DNA of 64,000 bases from Azolla caroliniana. Its lineage: Eukaryota > Plantae > Polypodiophyta. Below the pieces are notes generated by a model. That model did no database searches. It saw nothing but the letters and a program-made list of their open reading frames with translations, and was not told the DNA's origin. Location of the stretch: positions 15,190,001 to 15,254,000 of the forward strand of contig JBHGNT010000001.1 in assembly GCA_043228905.1 (NCBI GenBank). Reading direction: 5' to 3'. This document shows, in pieces, positions 23,199-37,288 of this stretch. Each line of letters opens with the position of its first letter. Positions within the stretch are counted from its first letter, which is position 1. A program made the position numbers and the translations under genes.

Positions 23199-26100
23199 TG
23201 TAGAAAGTAGCGTGCGGAAGCAGGTATTAAGACCGAACAGAAGAAAGGAAACTCAGGTTTAATGGAGAGCTTGAGCTTACATGGTATACGCGGGAGAGAC
23301 AGAGAGAGAAACTCAAAAAACTATATTCAACAATAATACTCAGTCTGTACATAAGACGTGCTCAGTGAGCACTTTTATACAAGTCCTAAAAGGACTGACC
23401 GAAGTCTGACAGTACTTCAATGCTCATTAAGAGCTCCTACACTAACTCCCAAATATATTCCTCACGGAATATCTTTCCTAACGACCTCCCGGTGTACGCA
23501 CTCGGCCTACCCGATTGGTCCCAACCGATCCCGTCCTCGGCTTCTTCAGCCGAACCGGCCGATGTTGATCTTGTCTCTCAACACTCCCCCTCAAGCTCAA
23601 CTTGAGGCTCTTCGGGATCTTCAAAGCACCGGTTCCTCCTGGCTCCTCACCTCGCTCGCGCTCCTCGACTTGTTCGACTTTGCGCGCTTCGACCCTTCCG
23701 GTCGGCTTGTCTGCTCACGTGGCCCTCATCAGCTCTTCTGTTGTTGCGGTGTTGACGCTTCTTCTGCTGCCTTTTCTTCCGCTTGGGCCTCGGTTGATTC
23801 AGTTTGTCTGAATCAAACATCCGAACCGACTCGGCTACCTCCGATCGGTTTTCGCTCTCGTCCGAGTTGGCTGTCTCCAACTCGTCTTCGGTCTTCTCGC
23901 ACTCGATGGTGTCATCTTCCCCATGCGTGGTTGGCTTCGGCTCTCTCCTTCAGTTGCTCCCCTTCTGTCCTCTTCCGAACTTTTCCGCGGATCCGCCCTC
24001 GGCTTCTTCAGCCGATCCGAAGTCGAACTTGTCAACCGACTTGGTGCCGCGGTCTCCGCTCCTTTCCTGCTGCCTTGCTTGGTCGTTCGGAACTGTTCTC
24101 CCCCTCAAGTTCGGCACTTCAAGGTGACACAACCCGAGCGCACCTGAGAATTGCCGCAACTTGTCCAGACCAAGAGGCTTGGTGAAGATGTCGGCAGCTT
24201 GCCGATCCATCGGCACGTACTAAAGTTCGATTTCACCGGAAAGGACACGCTCACAGACGAAATGGTAGTGCACCTCAATGTGCTTGGTCTGTGTGTGGAA
24301 AATGGGGTTTTTCGCGAGCTAGATACTGCTGAGGTTGTGGCATTAGATCGTCGTTGGATCGGACACCTCCTCTTGCAGGTCCTTAAGTAGCCGCTTCAAC
24401 CATATGGCTTCGCATGTCGCGACAGCTGCTCCTTGGTACTCAGCTTCGTTGCTCGACAATGCAACTGTCGGCTGCTTCTTACTGCTCCACGCGATCGCAA
24501 CACTCTCGAGGGAGAATGCGTATCCAGACGTGGATTGGCGATCGGCGGCGTTGCCAGTTCAATCAGCATCAGTGTAGCCGACTAACTGCGCGGCTGCACC
24601 GGTCCGATATAGCAGTCCCCGGTCCTTAGTGCCACTTACTTATCGTAGTACACGTTGCGCACACTAAAGGTGTTGCTCGGTAGGTCGCGCCATGAATTGA
24701 CTGATCACCCTGACCGGATAACTGAGGTCAGGTCGGGTGATGGTCAAGTATATAAGGCTTCCGACAATTTGTCGGAACCTCGTCGGGTCGCATACCTTTC
24801 CCGTATCGGGACGAAGTTTGACGGTTCTGTCTAGAGGAGTCGAGACGGACTTATAGTCGGCCATCCCGAATTTGAAGAGCATACTCAGCACGTAATGACG
24901 TTGGCTGATCAATATGCCTTCGGGGGTACGGATCACTCCGATCCCGAGGAAGTAATGAAGGTCCCCCAGATCCTTCATGTCGAACGATGCCGCAAGCTGG
25001 AGCTTCACGCGGTCGATTTCATCGAGGTCGGCGCCGGTGATGACCAAGTCATCAACATATAGTAAGATACTAACCGGTCCGAGTCGACCTTTCCGGATGA
25101 ACAGGGAAGAGTCCGATTTTGACGTGACGAAGCCCATCCGACGCAGTTGTTGTGTGATCTTCGCGTTCCAGGCACATGGGGCTTGCTTCAGTCCGTAAAG
25201 GGACTTCTTCAGTCGGCATACTGCCAAGGAGTTTGTTCCAGAGTGAAATCCAGGGGGCTGTACCATGTACACTTGTTCCTCAAGGTCACCTTGCAGGAAC
25301 GCATTCTTTACATCCATCTGATGTAAGTGCCACCCCTTGGCCGCGGCTACTACGAGCAAAACACGGACGGTCGTCATTTTCGCGACCGGCGCAAACGTCT
25401 CATCGTAGTCGATGCCATGTTTCTGCGCGTAGCCCTTTGCCACTAGCCGAGCCTTGTACCGGTTGACCGAGCCATCAGTATTGTACTTGACCTTGTACAC
25501 CCAACTACACCCAATCGGTTTTACCCCCTTCGGTGGCTCAACCAGGTCCCAGGTCTCGTTCTCTGCCAATGCGTGCATCTCTTCCTCCATCGCGGCACGC
25601 CAATTCGCGTCTTTAGCTGCTTCTGCGTAGCTCTCCGGCTCACGCACTTCCGCTACACGGGTCATGTATGCATAATGATGCACCATGTACTCGTTGTATC
25701 CGAACCGCAAAACAGGATTCTTCTGGCGGGTAGATCGGCGTAATCTCACATTAGCCGATGTCGAGGCCTTCTCGGTCGACGCGGACTTCACCTTTAAAGT
25801 TCCGTCACCGGTTCCCTCGGAGTCGGACTCACGTCGGTCTGACTCGTTCTTATCCGTGCCGGAATCCGACACCTTCTTCTTCCCTTTCTCTTTGTGCGTA
25901 AGCCGTCTCCTCGGCTTCCTGCGCGGGGAATGCACGGCCGAGTCTCCACTACTCGCAGGCTCTTCATCAGACTGGTCGTACAGATTCAGTCGTCCAATCG
26001 GTCCACTTAACTTGAGTGAAATCGGACTCTCTTCATGGGTCTCGATTTCGGGCTCATCCGGAGGCATCTCGGCCTCGCTGACCTCATCGTTAGAGCTCGG

Positions 26101-28856
26101 ATTGGAGTCGAGGTTCGTAGTTGGGGGCAGGTACCAGGACGCGGACTCGTCAAACACAACGTCATGGCTGACACACGCTTGTTTGGTGCGAGGGTTATAG
26201 CACTTATAACCCTTCTGCTTGTCCGAGTAACCGACCAAGATGCATTTCTCGGCCTTTGCGTCCAGCTTCCTCCTTTTCTCCTTCGGTATATGCACATACG
26301 CAATGCTACCGAACACCCTCAGGTGTCACAAGTTCGGTTTCGTTCTGAAATATATCTCGTGCGCCGACACTTTGTCTCTGATCCGGTTCTGGATGTATAC
26401 CGCGGTCCTTACCGCCTCGGTCCAATAGAATTTGGGCAAGCTCTTCTCCTCCAACATTGCCCGTGCCGCATCCACAACTGACCGATTCTTCCTCTCGGCC
26501 ATGCCGTTCTGCTCTGGCGTGTATCTACAACTGAATTCGCGGCGAATTCCCATTTGTTGTAGGAAACCGTTGAATTGACCGAAAAAGTACTCTTTCCCGC
26601 CATCCGACCGCAAGCACTTGATCTTTCGTCCCGTTTCGGTTTCCACGAACCCTTTGAGGTCCCGGAAACAGTCGAAGACTTCGCTCTTCCTCTCAATGAG
26701 GTAGATCCACGTGTGCCGCGTGTGGTCGTCGATGAAGGAGATGAAATATCGGCTCCCGCCAAGACTAACGTTTTGTGTCGGCCCTCACACATCCGAGTGT
26801 ATAAGGTCGAGCTTGTTCCGGCTCTGGTTTCGCTCGTTGGGGAAAGGAAATCAGTGTTGCTTCCCGAGCTGGCAGGCTTCACAAATTTGTGCCTTTCGGC
26901 CACTAAACTTGGGCAATCCGAACACTACCTATTTCGATTGCAGATCTTGAAGCCGTTGGTGGTTGACGTGGCCTATCCGCTTGTGCCACAAGTCGATGTC
27001 CGACTCGGCTTTTTGTCCCTTTGCGAACATTGCGGTGCCGCCATCAGTGGAATCGAGGATGAACATCCTCCCGTCTCTGCACCCTTGCGCAATCACACGG
27101 CCTTCTTCCTCAATGAAGCACCCGAGGTGTGTAAACCGAACCTCCATCCCTTGGTCGACGATCTGTCCGACCGAGACCAAGTTCTTCGTGATTGTCGGAA
27201 TGTGCAGCACGTTCATGAGTTTCCCTTTCTGCCCGACATGGCTAAGGGGAACTTCTCTGACATTTGCGATCGGATGCGGAGTGTCGTCTCTAGTTGCGAC
27301 TACTCTAGGTTGTATCGTTTTTTCAAGGTACGAGAACCACTCCTTATGGCTCGTCATGTGGTTTGACGCGCCGGAGTCTACGTACCACACCTCGTCCGAT
27401 CTCGGGGTGGTCTGCTTCATTGAGTTTGCTTCGTGTCTCGTCACGAAGGCAGTCCCTTCTCCGGCTCCCCCGGAGTCTTCGGCGTAGTGCGATCGCTGCC
27501 GATTTCCCTTGTCGGTATGTCTGGAGCCGTTCCCGGAACCAGTTCTCTCCGAATCGGCGCGCTTCTTCTAGCACTCACTTTCCCTGTGGCCTTTCTTGCC
27601 ACAGTACCAGCACTCCGCGATGGCCTTCCCTTGCCAGTTCTCATCGCTTCGACTCCCCCTGTTTCCGGAGGGTCTGGAGTTGTTGTCGGCATCACTTCAG
27701 TGCCTTCTTTCTTGATCTCGTCGGCCGCCTCCATTGCGTGCCGACTTGCCTCGTCCTCCACGTCCACGGGGCCTATCTCCCTCCGTGTACATCATTCTGT
27801 TGTCGGTGTGCGTGCTTGTAGACGCACCCTCGTGGTTCTCCTCTACCAAGAGCATCGACTCTAAGTCGAAAAAGGACGGCGTATTCTCCCGGGTACACAC
27901 AGCCGTTCGGAACGCTCCGAACTTCGACGCCAAACCTCCGAGACAGATCTGGACCATCTTGCTCTCCTCGATGTTCACCTCTATGGAGGCGAGGGAGTCG
28001 CAGATATCCTTGATCTTCGAGGTATAGTTCGCCACCGACAAGTCGCGTTGTCGTAGGTTGCTCAACTCCTGTCGGAGCTGAAGCCTCCTGGCTGTGGTGC
28101 TCGCGGCGAAAATCTTCTTCAGATTTTCCCACGCACCCTTCGGCGTCTTTGCATCCCGAACATAGCTCAATAGCTGTTCGCCCACACACGACGCGAAGCA
28201 GTACAATACCCTACTCGCCGATTGCTCCCACGACAGGAAGTCTCTGTGTGTCGATTCGGGTGCCGCGTCATTAGCTCCTTTGACATAACTCCAGTAGCCG
28301 TGCCCAAGCAGGTACTGGTGCATCTTGTAGGACCAAGACGCGTAGTTGGTTCTGTCGAGCTTCTCTATTAGAAGCGAGCTCGCCATGCCTCTATCCATCG
28401 TTCTTCTCGTTCTTCTTCGTCAAGCTGTGTCGGCTGCAGAGAGGTTCTCAACCCTCGCGCTCTGATACCATGTAGAAAGTAGCGTGCGGAAGCAGGTATT
28501 AAGACCGAACAGAAGAAAGGAAACTCAGGTTTAATGGAGAGCTTGAGCTTACACGGTATACGCGGGAGAGACAGAGAGAGAAACTCAAAAAACTATATTC
28601 AACAATAATACTCAGTCTATACATAAGACGTGCTCAGTGAGCACTTTTATACAAGTCCTAAAAGGACTGACCGAAGTACTGACAGTACTTCAATGCTCAT
28701 TAAGAGCTCATACACTAACTCCCAAATATATTCCTCACGGAATATCTTTCCTAACGACCTCCCGGTGTACGCACTCGGCCTAGCCGATTGGTCCCAACCA
28801 ATCCAGTCCTCGGCTTCTTTAGCCGAACCGGCCGATGTTGAGCTTGTCTCTCAACA
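23199..28856 (-). mobile_element. Full-length Ty1/copia retrotransposon (family C), TSD CTTAG
   Basis: Near-identical LTRs 23199-23583 and 28471-28856. PBS at 28459-28470; PPT next to 23583. CTTAG at 23194-23198 and 28857-28861. Confidence 0.95.
23584..28398 (-). pseudogene. gag-pol of the family C element, with a C-terminal extension
   Basis: IEKLDRTNYASW gag, WYVDSGASNHM protease, LRSDGGKEY..EQNGMAERKN integrase, LYVDDLVI RT, ADIFTKPL RNase H end; a few stops. Confidence 0.92.
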
Positions 28857-30461
28857 CTTAGTGTATATGCATGTTGCAAAGAATCAGAGGTCGAAACTCA
28901 ACAGTAAGTCGAAACCATGCATATTTATGAGTTGGGCTACATGTTATGGGACTTAGCCGACAAGAAGGTGGTGAGGAGCCGGGATGTAGTTTTCTTGGAA
29001 GACAAAACAATTGAGGATTGGAAGAAACAAAAGTCGGAATGGACTCCCCAGTCGCCCTCGACAACCAACTTATGACCAGTTGAACTAACATAGTTGGCTA
29101 ATCGGAGACAACTAGATGGAAGAGCTGAATAGGAGACTGTCAACTCAGAACAACCAACCTATGAGTCAGAGTTGACAAACCTATTGAAGTTGATCGAAGA
29201 ATACGAATTGGAGTCAGTGGAAATCCGACAACCGATCGACATGAATGAACCCGAGCCGAGAGAAGAGTTGGCAGAGACATCCAAGATGGAGCCAATGAAG
29301 AATGGAGGGAGATATCTCTCAGAGATAGAAGAGCACCGACAACATATGCTAGTCAATACATCCTCTTGACTAATGAAGGTGAACCAGAGTGCTATGACGA
29401 AGCCATTACAGACAAGCACAAAGAAAGATGGCTGAGTGCAATGCAAGACGAGATAGACTCCTTGCATGAAAACTATACCTATGACCTGGTAGAATTACCG
29501 AAAGGTAAGAGAGCACTCAGGAACAAATGGATCTATAAGGTGAAGACGGGAGAAGTTGACAATGCACCTAGGTATAAAGCCCGCATAAGGGTGAAGGGTT
29601 TCAACAAGAAAAGGGTTTCGACTTCGACGAGATATTCGCACCAGTCGTGAAGATGACATCCATTTGAACTGTTCTGAGCATACCTGCCAGTATGGACCTC
29701 GAGATCAAATAGTTGGATGTCAAGACGACATTCTTGCATGGGGAGCTGGATGAAGAGCTCTACATGCAACAACCCGAAGGCTTTGTGTCGACTGAAGAAA
29801 AGCTTGTATGTTCTAAAGCAAGGTTCACGCCAGTCGTACAAAACATAGGTTGATCACTGTGTGTTCGTCAAAATGTACGAAGAAGGTGATTTCTTGATTC
29901 TCTTATTATATGTAGATGACATGTTGATAGTCAGTCAAGACACAAGGAAGTTCGGGAGCTTGAAGAAAGACCTAGGCAAATCGTTTGCCATGAAAGATCT
30001 TGGATCGGCTAAATAGATCTTGGGGATGCACATAGTTAAAGATAGAACTAAGAAAGTGTTGTGGTTGTCACAACAGAAATATGTGACAAAGATCCTAGAG
30101 AGGTTCAACGTGACGGAAGCAGAGCCGGTCGGCTCTATGTTGCCGACTAACTGCAAGTTAAATTCTAAGTAATGCCCAAGAGGGTAGAAAGAAAAGCCTG
30201 AGATGAAGAAAGTACCATATGCCTCAATCGTCGGCAGTTTAATGTACGTTATGGTCTGCACGAAACCAGAAATAGCATTTCTTGTGGGAACATTAAGCTG
30301 ATATATGAGTAATCAAGGATGAGAACATTGGGCAGTAGTGAACTAAACACTCAAATACTTAAAAGGTACTTCGGCGGTATGCCTAAGGTATGGCGTTGGA
30401 AAATCCATTCTTGAAGGGTTTACCAATTCGGACATGTCGAGGGATGTATACTCGAGCCGAT

Positions 30462-33400
30462 TGTTGTCCGCCAGAATAGTAATCGATGGACAAGAGCGTA
30501 GTAATATCAATGGAATAATATTGTAACGCATGTAACGGTTTACGCGGGAAGTGTGAACGGCTAAAAGACCATTCGTATAAAGGGCAGAAAAACTCTGATA
30601 GAGGTAGCGTGTAATTAGAAGAGTGGAAGGCCTTTTGATTGGAATATAATACTATCTTCTCTGAGTTTTGGTGTCTGTTTGGTTTTCATTTACCGTTGTC
30701 TGCTCAATTCGTAAGTATTGTAGCCAAGCGTAACAGTGCACGCAGTACGTAAGACCGCTTCTTTCTCATCTTGACATATACCGCGTCACCAAATGCCATC
30801 ACTGCCTTTGTGATATAAGATTCCTTCTACCAGGCAGAAGTTACGGCTCCGGACGGCTAATCGCTTATTCTCGTCCGTGCGTAATTGCGGTGGGGGTAGT
30901 CCCGTAGTCAGAAAGTAGGTCATTTCCATGAGCCACTGATCCGGAAATGTTTCCCCTTCGCCTGTTGCTATTCGGAGGATATCGGCATCTGGGAAGTCAT
31001 CGTCGTCCTTTTTCACCATTATCCAATCGACTCAAAAAGTCTGCTATTGCATGTTGTGTGCTAGGTCGATGTTGGATTGTAAAATCGAATTCTTGAAACA
31101 AAAGCATCCATCTAGCCAATTTATCTGTTAGCGCCTGTTTCTCCACCAAATACAACAATGTTGCATGGTCCACGTGGAACGTGAATTTACGCCCCAACAG
31201 GTAATGCCTAAATTTATTGATGTTGTATATCATCCCTGCGTGCTCTCGATAGTTTGCAGCTTGCGTAGTACACTGGCTGGTACCAGCTAGGGTCTATGAG
31301 TTGCATCAACGAGCTCCCGATTGCTATGTCTGAGGCGTCAACAAATACGTGAAATGGTTTTGCCCAATCTGGTGGTTGGACGACCGGTGCCTACGTCAAC
31401 ATAACTTTCAATGCCTCATAAGCTTTGTCTTCTGTTGCCATCCATTTAAAAGGGGTACGGTGGACGACGGCGTGTAATGGTGTAGCAAAATCCGCTAGAT
31501 AGAGTAGCATCCTACTATGCCAACGTATTTTCCCTAGGAACCGGCTAAGTGCTTTAGCATTCGTGGGCGTTTTTGGTTGCATGATTGCGGAGATCTTGTT
31601 TGGGTCGACTGCTATTCCTTCTTTACTAACAATGTGGCCGAGAAGGGCTCCACTAGTGACGCCAAAGGCACATTTCACGGGATTCAAGCTTAGACGTGCA
31701 ACTCGGCAACGTTCCAAGCAAAAGCGGAGGTGGTGGAAGTGTTCAGCAGCCGTCCCATAGACCGCAAAATTGTCTAGGAATACCTGCATGAAGGCGGGTA
31801 TGTATTCTCCGAAAATCTCCGTGATTGTTCGTTGGAATGTCGCAGGTGCTGTCTTAAGTCCAAACATCATGACTATAGCTACGTAGACTCCCCAATCGGT
31901 GAGAAATGCCGTTTTCTCCTGATCATCAGGGTGCATGCGTACTTCGTTATATCTGCTGAACGGTACATGTCATGTCCTATGATTGTGTCTAGTACAATGT
32001 CGGTGAACGGTAATGGGAACGCGTCTGTCACCGTGACTGCATTCAATTTCTAGTAGTCGACGCATACTCAAATTTTACGATTTTTCTTAGGAACGACTAC
32101 TATAGGACTGAGCCATGAATCTTGTTTTACTGGCCGAATGAATCCGGCTTTGAGGAGCTTATCTATCTCTTCTTTTACTCGAGTCGTGTAGTTTGGGTTC
32201 ATCCGATACCGTCATTGCTGCACTGGTTTCGCATCGGTTGCCAAGTTAATCTTATGTTGATAGAACTTAGGTTCCAACCCCTTCATGTCCTCGTGAGACC
32301 ACACAAAAACATCCTTATACTATGTGAGCAGTGCTATCATTGCCGCCCGCTAGGCCGGTAACAATTCCTTCGCTATTAAGAGCAGTCAAGGATCTGATGT
32401 CGTCCTTATGTTAATTTCTTCCAATGCGGAGGCCGTGACTCTTCAAGAAATCCATCTCCCTCTTGAATGCCTTCCGTTCCCTACTTAGTTCCATTATTGA
32501 CATTGGATCTGGTTCATACGCCTCTTCCCCGACGATTGTAGCGTAATCTGTTGCAGTCTCTATGACATCAATTTCAAACAGTGGAATAATCCTTGGGTGC
32601 TCCTCCAAATAAGCTTCCAACTCCGTATCATCCACTCCTTCTAACATATTGATGTCCTCAGCGTATAGTGGTTTCATGTTTTTTGGTTGCGCTGTTAACT
32701 CCTCCGTTGGTACGCGAACTTTCGCGCATCCTCGCCAGAAACTTATGCAATTATATTTCCAGCTCTGATTTATATTTGCTGACCGGAGCCATGGTCTTCC
32801 CAACAACATCGGTTACTCTCCTGGGGCATCTAGGGCGAGCACTATTGCCGAGATATCAAAGCGATGAACCCCGATAATAATACCCAGTTTGCAGATTAAC
32901 CCTAAAGGCCTCACCGATCATGTATCCACCATGCGAAGCCAAAACGGGCAAGCCTCCCATTCTGAAATGCGCAATTGTTCGCATGTCTTTGTGCTAATCA
33001 CATTTACGCCAAATCCGTCGTCGATGATGCATCCGGCTACTTCTTGCCCTTGAGGAACCAACTTAATTGCTGGATTGTTATGATCTACCATTGTTGGTCC
33101 GTTGCTAGTCTCAGTAAAATTGGTGGCAACACTTATGCTAGGTCGTCCTGCTATACGGTCTTCTAATGGGGAAACTTAATTGTCAATGTGACTTCACAAC
33201 CGACCAGTGTTGGCCATACGGGATTCGGGGATCCCAAGTCCTCCTCTATTGGCCCGAATTGTTGTGCGGACTCTTGCCTCATGCGCTCTGCATTAGCCGC
33301 GTTTGGTTTGTCAACCCAAGCTTTGGCCGTCCAATGCAGTTCGTCCTCTATAGCCCAATCTGGATTCTTCATTTGTTGCCTTGTTGTAACCTGCTGAACT

Positions 33401-35363
33401 TGTGCTGAAGTAGTGTTGACAGGTGGGCCCTTACCCTTGCAGAGAGGACATTACGTAGCGTAATGTCCGGGTTGGTCAGACACGAAGCAATGGACGTTGG
33501 ATTCTCCTTTTGCTACAGCTGGCGGCGTGTGCCTTTCCCTCAGCTCCTATTGTTCCTCTTGGCCTTGTCTGAGACGTCTGCCATTGCGAGGTGCCAGGGC
33601 TTGGTCCCTATGCAACTCCTGGTGACGTTCATCATTTGAGCTCTCCTCGTATCGTCGTTGATCTCGATACTGTTGATATTTTCCGCGAGGTCCATTAGAA
33701 CCACCACGCTTGTTCGTCGACCGATGGTTGTCATATCGGCGATCATTCTTATTATAGCGGCGATTACTCTGTTATTCCTGCTGCTGCTGCTCTTCTTCCT
33801 CGGAATCATTGTAATTCCGGTGATTCCGGTACTTCCGTTCCTCGTGCCTATTACGCTCTGTATACTTCGGTCGTTATGATTGGCGTCACTGGTCATTACA
33901 GCGTGGAGGGCGTTGTGTGTCTACGCTTCTTTCTACCGGCGTAGGTCTGTTAAGCATATTATATTCGCACTGCTCCACGGTATGGGCTTTCGAGTGACAT
34001 ATTGGGCAGTATATCCGCATGTTGCAATCCACCGCGAAGTGCTCGGAATTGAGACAAATGGTACATTGAATCGCTTGTCAGAAATGACATTCCTCATCTT
34101 GAGGTAACGTTTGCCGTAATGATGACATAGAAAAGGCTTCTTCCTCTTCATCGAGCTCAAGTTGTAACGCTCGCTCTATGACCATATCCACTGTCTCTCC
34201 TTTCACACTTTTGTTGCTAAGGGTAGTCCGTATAGGCCGCCGCAAGGCTGCGAGAAATGTTTCGCGAGCCTCATCCTCTGTTGGGACTCTTTCTAATTTT
34301 CGCCTTAGATTGTGGAAGCGTAAGCTAAAGTCAGCGATAGACTCAGATGGCAGTTGTTTGATTGTATAGAACTACCCAATAATCACATGTTGCGGGACTT
34401 TCCTGTGAAAGAATCATAGAAAGTTCGATAGAAGTTCGTCGAAAGTTTTGATTGCTGGCAGATCCCATGCGAGTGCCAAAACGCAGTTTTGCCATCCAGG
34501 GTTAACCCAAATTTCGTCATTTTCGACTGGTATGCTTCCTCTTCTGGAAGGCGTTGCGCCATATGGTTCGCATTCCAGACATTCATGAACATGCGAACAT
34601 GAGTTGCGGTGTCGGTTTCGCCGTTGAAGCGGGGGTAGGAGAAATTCATGGTGGATGTTCTTGCGGAGAGGGAAAGACCACGAGATGTATGTGGTAACGA
34701 CACCTCGTACGTGTCGCTGCGGTGTGTGTTGGGCTTGTGCTCCTACCCAAAAGCATTGAGACGAGGCTTATGCTTTGCGCGCTACTCTGCGAGTCGTGTG
34801 ATGGACCTTGTGATCGGTTTGATGGGTTGTGTCGGTTCTCCAGGCCGTCTACAGTTAAGCATACAACCGTCTATGTTCGTCTGCACGAAGACACAGATCA
34901 CCAAGCGTGCCAAACGTGTTACCGATTAGGAATGCTTGTCTACACTCAGTCCTTTGAGGTAGACACCAAGGTGATGGCGTTGCGCGGAATGGTAATCGTA
35001 GGTCATAAGCGGATATCCCAGCATATCCTACAACGTAAGGGGAAGGGATGGCTACAACCAACTCCTTAGTGCTCACATTGTGTAAGCCGTTACACTTGGC
35101 TACGATACTTACGAATTGAGCAGATAGCGGTAAATGAAAACCAAACAGACACCAAAACTCAGAGAAGATAGTATTATATTCCAATCAAAAGGCCTTCCAC
35201 TCATCTAATTACACGCTACCTCTATCAGAGGTTTTCTGCCCTTTATATACGCAGGGTCTTTTAGCTGTTGACGCTTCCCGCGTGAACCGTTACATGCGTT
35301 ACAATATTATTCTATTCATATTACTACGCTCTTGTCTATCGGTTACTATTCTAGCGGACAACA
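30462..35363 (-). mobile_element. Ty3/gypsy element (gag-protease-RT-RNase H-start of integrase) bounded by INVERTED ~275-bp LTR-derived repeats, TSD CCGAT/CCCAT
   Basis: 30462-30735 is the reverse complement of 35088-35363. Motifs MFGLKTAPATFQR, VFLDNF and LARWMLLFQEFDF. 5-bp flanks at 30457-30461 and 35364-35368. Confidence 0.88.
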
Positions 35364-36816
35364 CCCATCCACATTACGGTACGTGATGACCTATGCAGGG
35401 GGAGCAGTGTCATAACAGTCACGATTGTAGAGGTTGTGGGCTTGTTGACCATAGAGGCAGAATATATGGCAGCGATAGAGGCCGACAAGGAGTTGAATTT
35501 GGATGAAGTGTTTCCTCAGTGAAATCGGGATGAAGCAAGAAGAATTCTTGTTCCACTGTGATAATCAGAGTGCCATACATCTTGCACAAAACGTTGCATA
35601 CCACTCTCAGACCAAGCATATACAAATGAGGTATGAGTGATTGCTAGAGAAGGTAGATGAAGGAGAGTTTTCCCTCGTTAAGATCCATACCGACGACAAT
35701 GGATTTGACATGCTCACGAAGAACCTACCAATGGACAGACTCAGATTCTGTCGATAGAAGACAGGACTGACCGACTCGCACCCACTAGAGTGAAGGCAGA
35801 GTTTGTTGGGAGTATGTCCCTCCAGTGGGAGGAGCCAACTGTTTGGGCGAAGAAGTGCCGATAGTCGAAGAAAACGAGGAGCCAAATGTTCCGACCAAGT
35901 GCCGATGGTTGAAGAGTCGACTATGAGAGTCGGCTGGGTGAGCCGCAAGAAGGAGATCCTAGTCGAAGACACGATCCACTAGTCGGGCCGACCGGATGGT
36001 CGATGACCAAGCCAACTAGTCGAACTGACTGGACAGTCGACACAAGAGTCAATTGATGGCTACTTATTTTTATAGATAATAATAATAGTGATGTGTAGTA
36101 GAGGCTACATTTGTAAATAGCTCATATGATGTATGGGTATAAATACATCTAGGGCAAACGAGTAGTGGGTTGTGAGTTGAGAAGTGAGTGTGTGTGAGCG
36201 TGAGAGAGAGCGGCAACAAAGTTTAGTGAACTTGTTAAGAAGCCTAAGCGGGTTATCCTCTATGTAAGTCAGAGAAGATTGTAACCGTTTTTTTTGTACT
36301 CCCTTGTGTATAGTAGAATGTTTGTTCTTGTGGTTTTCCCCTTTTAGGGTTTCCACAAAAAACTGTGCATTTGTGTATTTGCTATGTTTCTGTCTGTCCG
36401 CAATATTGTATATTCCACAGTCGCTCGCATGATTGGAAGGGAGCTAATCCCATCATTGACCTCATAAGCATACGTAACATATGTATGTGAACATATTACG
36501 CAGTTGAGGATTAACCTCGTACGCATACGACACGAATCACATATCAAATATATGTCAAATGAGGTATTGACCTCATACACATATGTAAACGTTTTATACA
36601 ACCAATTAATTACCACTACAACATAATTGAATCATTGAAAGAAAACACATATTGACTATACATGATTAGATTGGGAGAAGAAAGAATAGAAAAAATAAAT
36701 AAGAAAGAGTTACCAAAGTTCGCTTGTTAATGCCTTTCTGAATCACAATCAACCGCACACCTATCGATCGCCATCCATCAAAAGAAAACAATCAACAAAC
36801 GAAATATGAGGAACAT

Positions 36817-37288
36817 GGCTCGGATACCAATTGTTAGAGTTATGTTCTAAAGTAAGCATATGATAAGGATAACAAAGATAGATTAATAAGAAAGGAGAGA
36901 GAGAAAGAAGGGTGTTGATCCACATGACCACCCCTGAGAGAGGGGATTGAGATGGACTCGAGCCTCGATCGGCGTCCCATACCACCGTTGTGGCGTCGAA
37001 TTGTACTAGGTGTTGGCGCGCTTGCTACAAGAGTTGACCCACCACAAGAACGGTGTCTCGACATAGTGAAGAGATGATGAAATGACGGTATCTAGGCCTC
37101 ATATTTATAACCACACCCATGGCCCCTAGGCAAGTTCACAATTGGCCTAATGGGTTGTGTCAATCCCGAGGATTAAAAGTAAGTCTCCGCTTCTTTACAC
37201 TCTCGTTTAACCCTCACACTTTGTGCACATGTATAGAATACTACAGTACATTCTCACCATGGGATATTATATGGTCATGCCCGTAACA
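36817..37288 (-). mobile_element. LTR (36832-37288) with tRNA-iMet-type PBS, from another retroelement
   Basis: TGTTA...TAACA termini; the minus strand reads TGGTATCCGAGCC at 36817-36829. Confidence 0.6.

Larger units (their letters stand above)
22790..36419 (+). mobile_element. 5'-truncated Tnt1-like copia (element D), host to two nested insertions; 3' LTR 35804-36419
   Basis: Integrase, RT and RNase H remnants at 22790-23198, 28857-30461 and 35364-35790 rejoin across both TSDs (HLRVFGCLVYMHVAK; SSRSTLxYVMTYAGG). Confidence 0.85.

Noticed and set aside
23358-24185. 275-aa plus-strand ORF as a separate gene or env-like gene
   Set aside because: It is the antisense shadow of the family C Pol tail and starts inside the LTR; no recognisable domain.
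30462-35363. DIRS-type tyrosine-recombinase retroelement, suggested by the inverted termini
   Set aside because: It has a protease, gypsy-type RT/RNase H, the start of an integrase, TG...CA ends and a 5-bp TSD; no tyrosine recombinase was seen.
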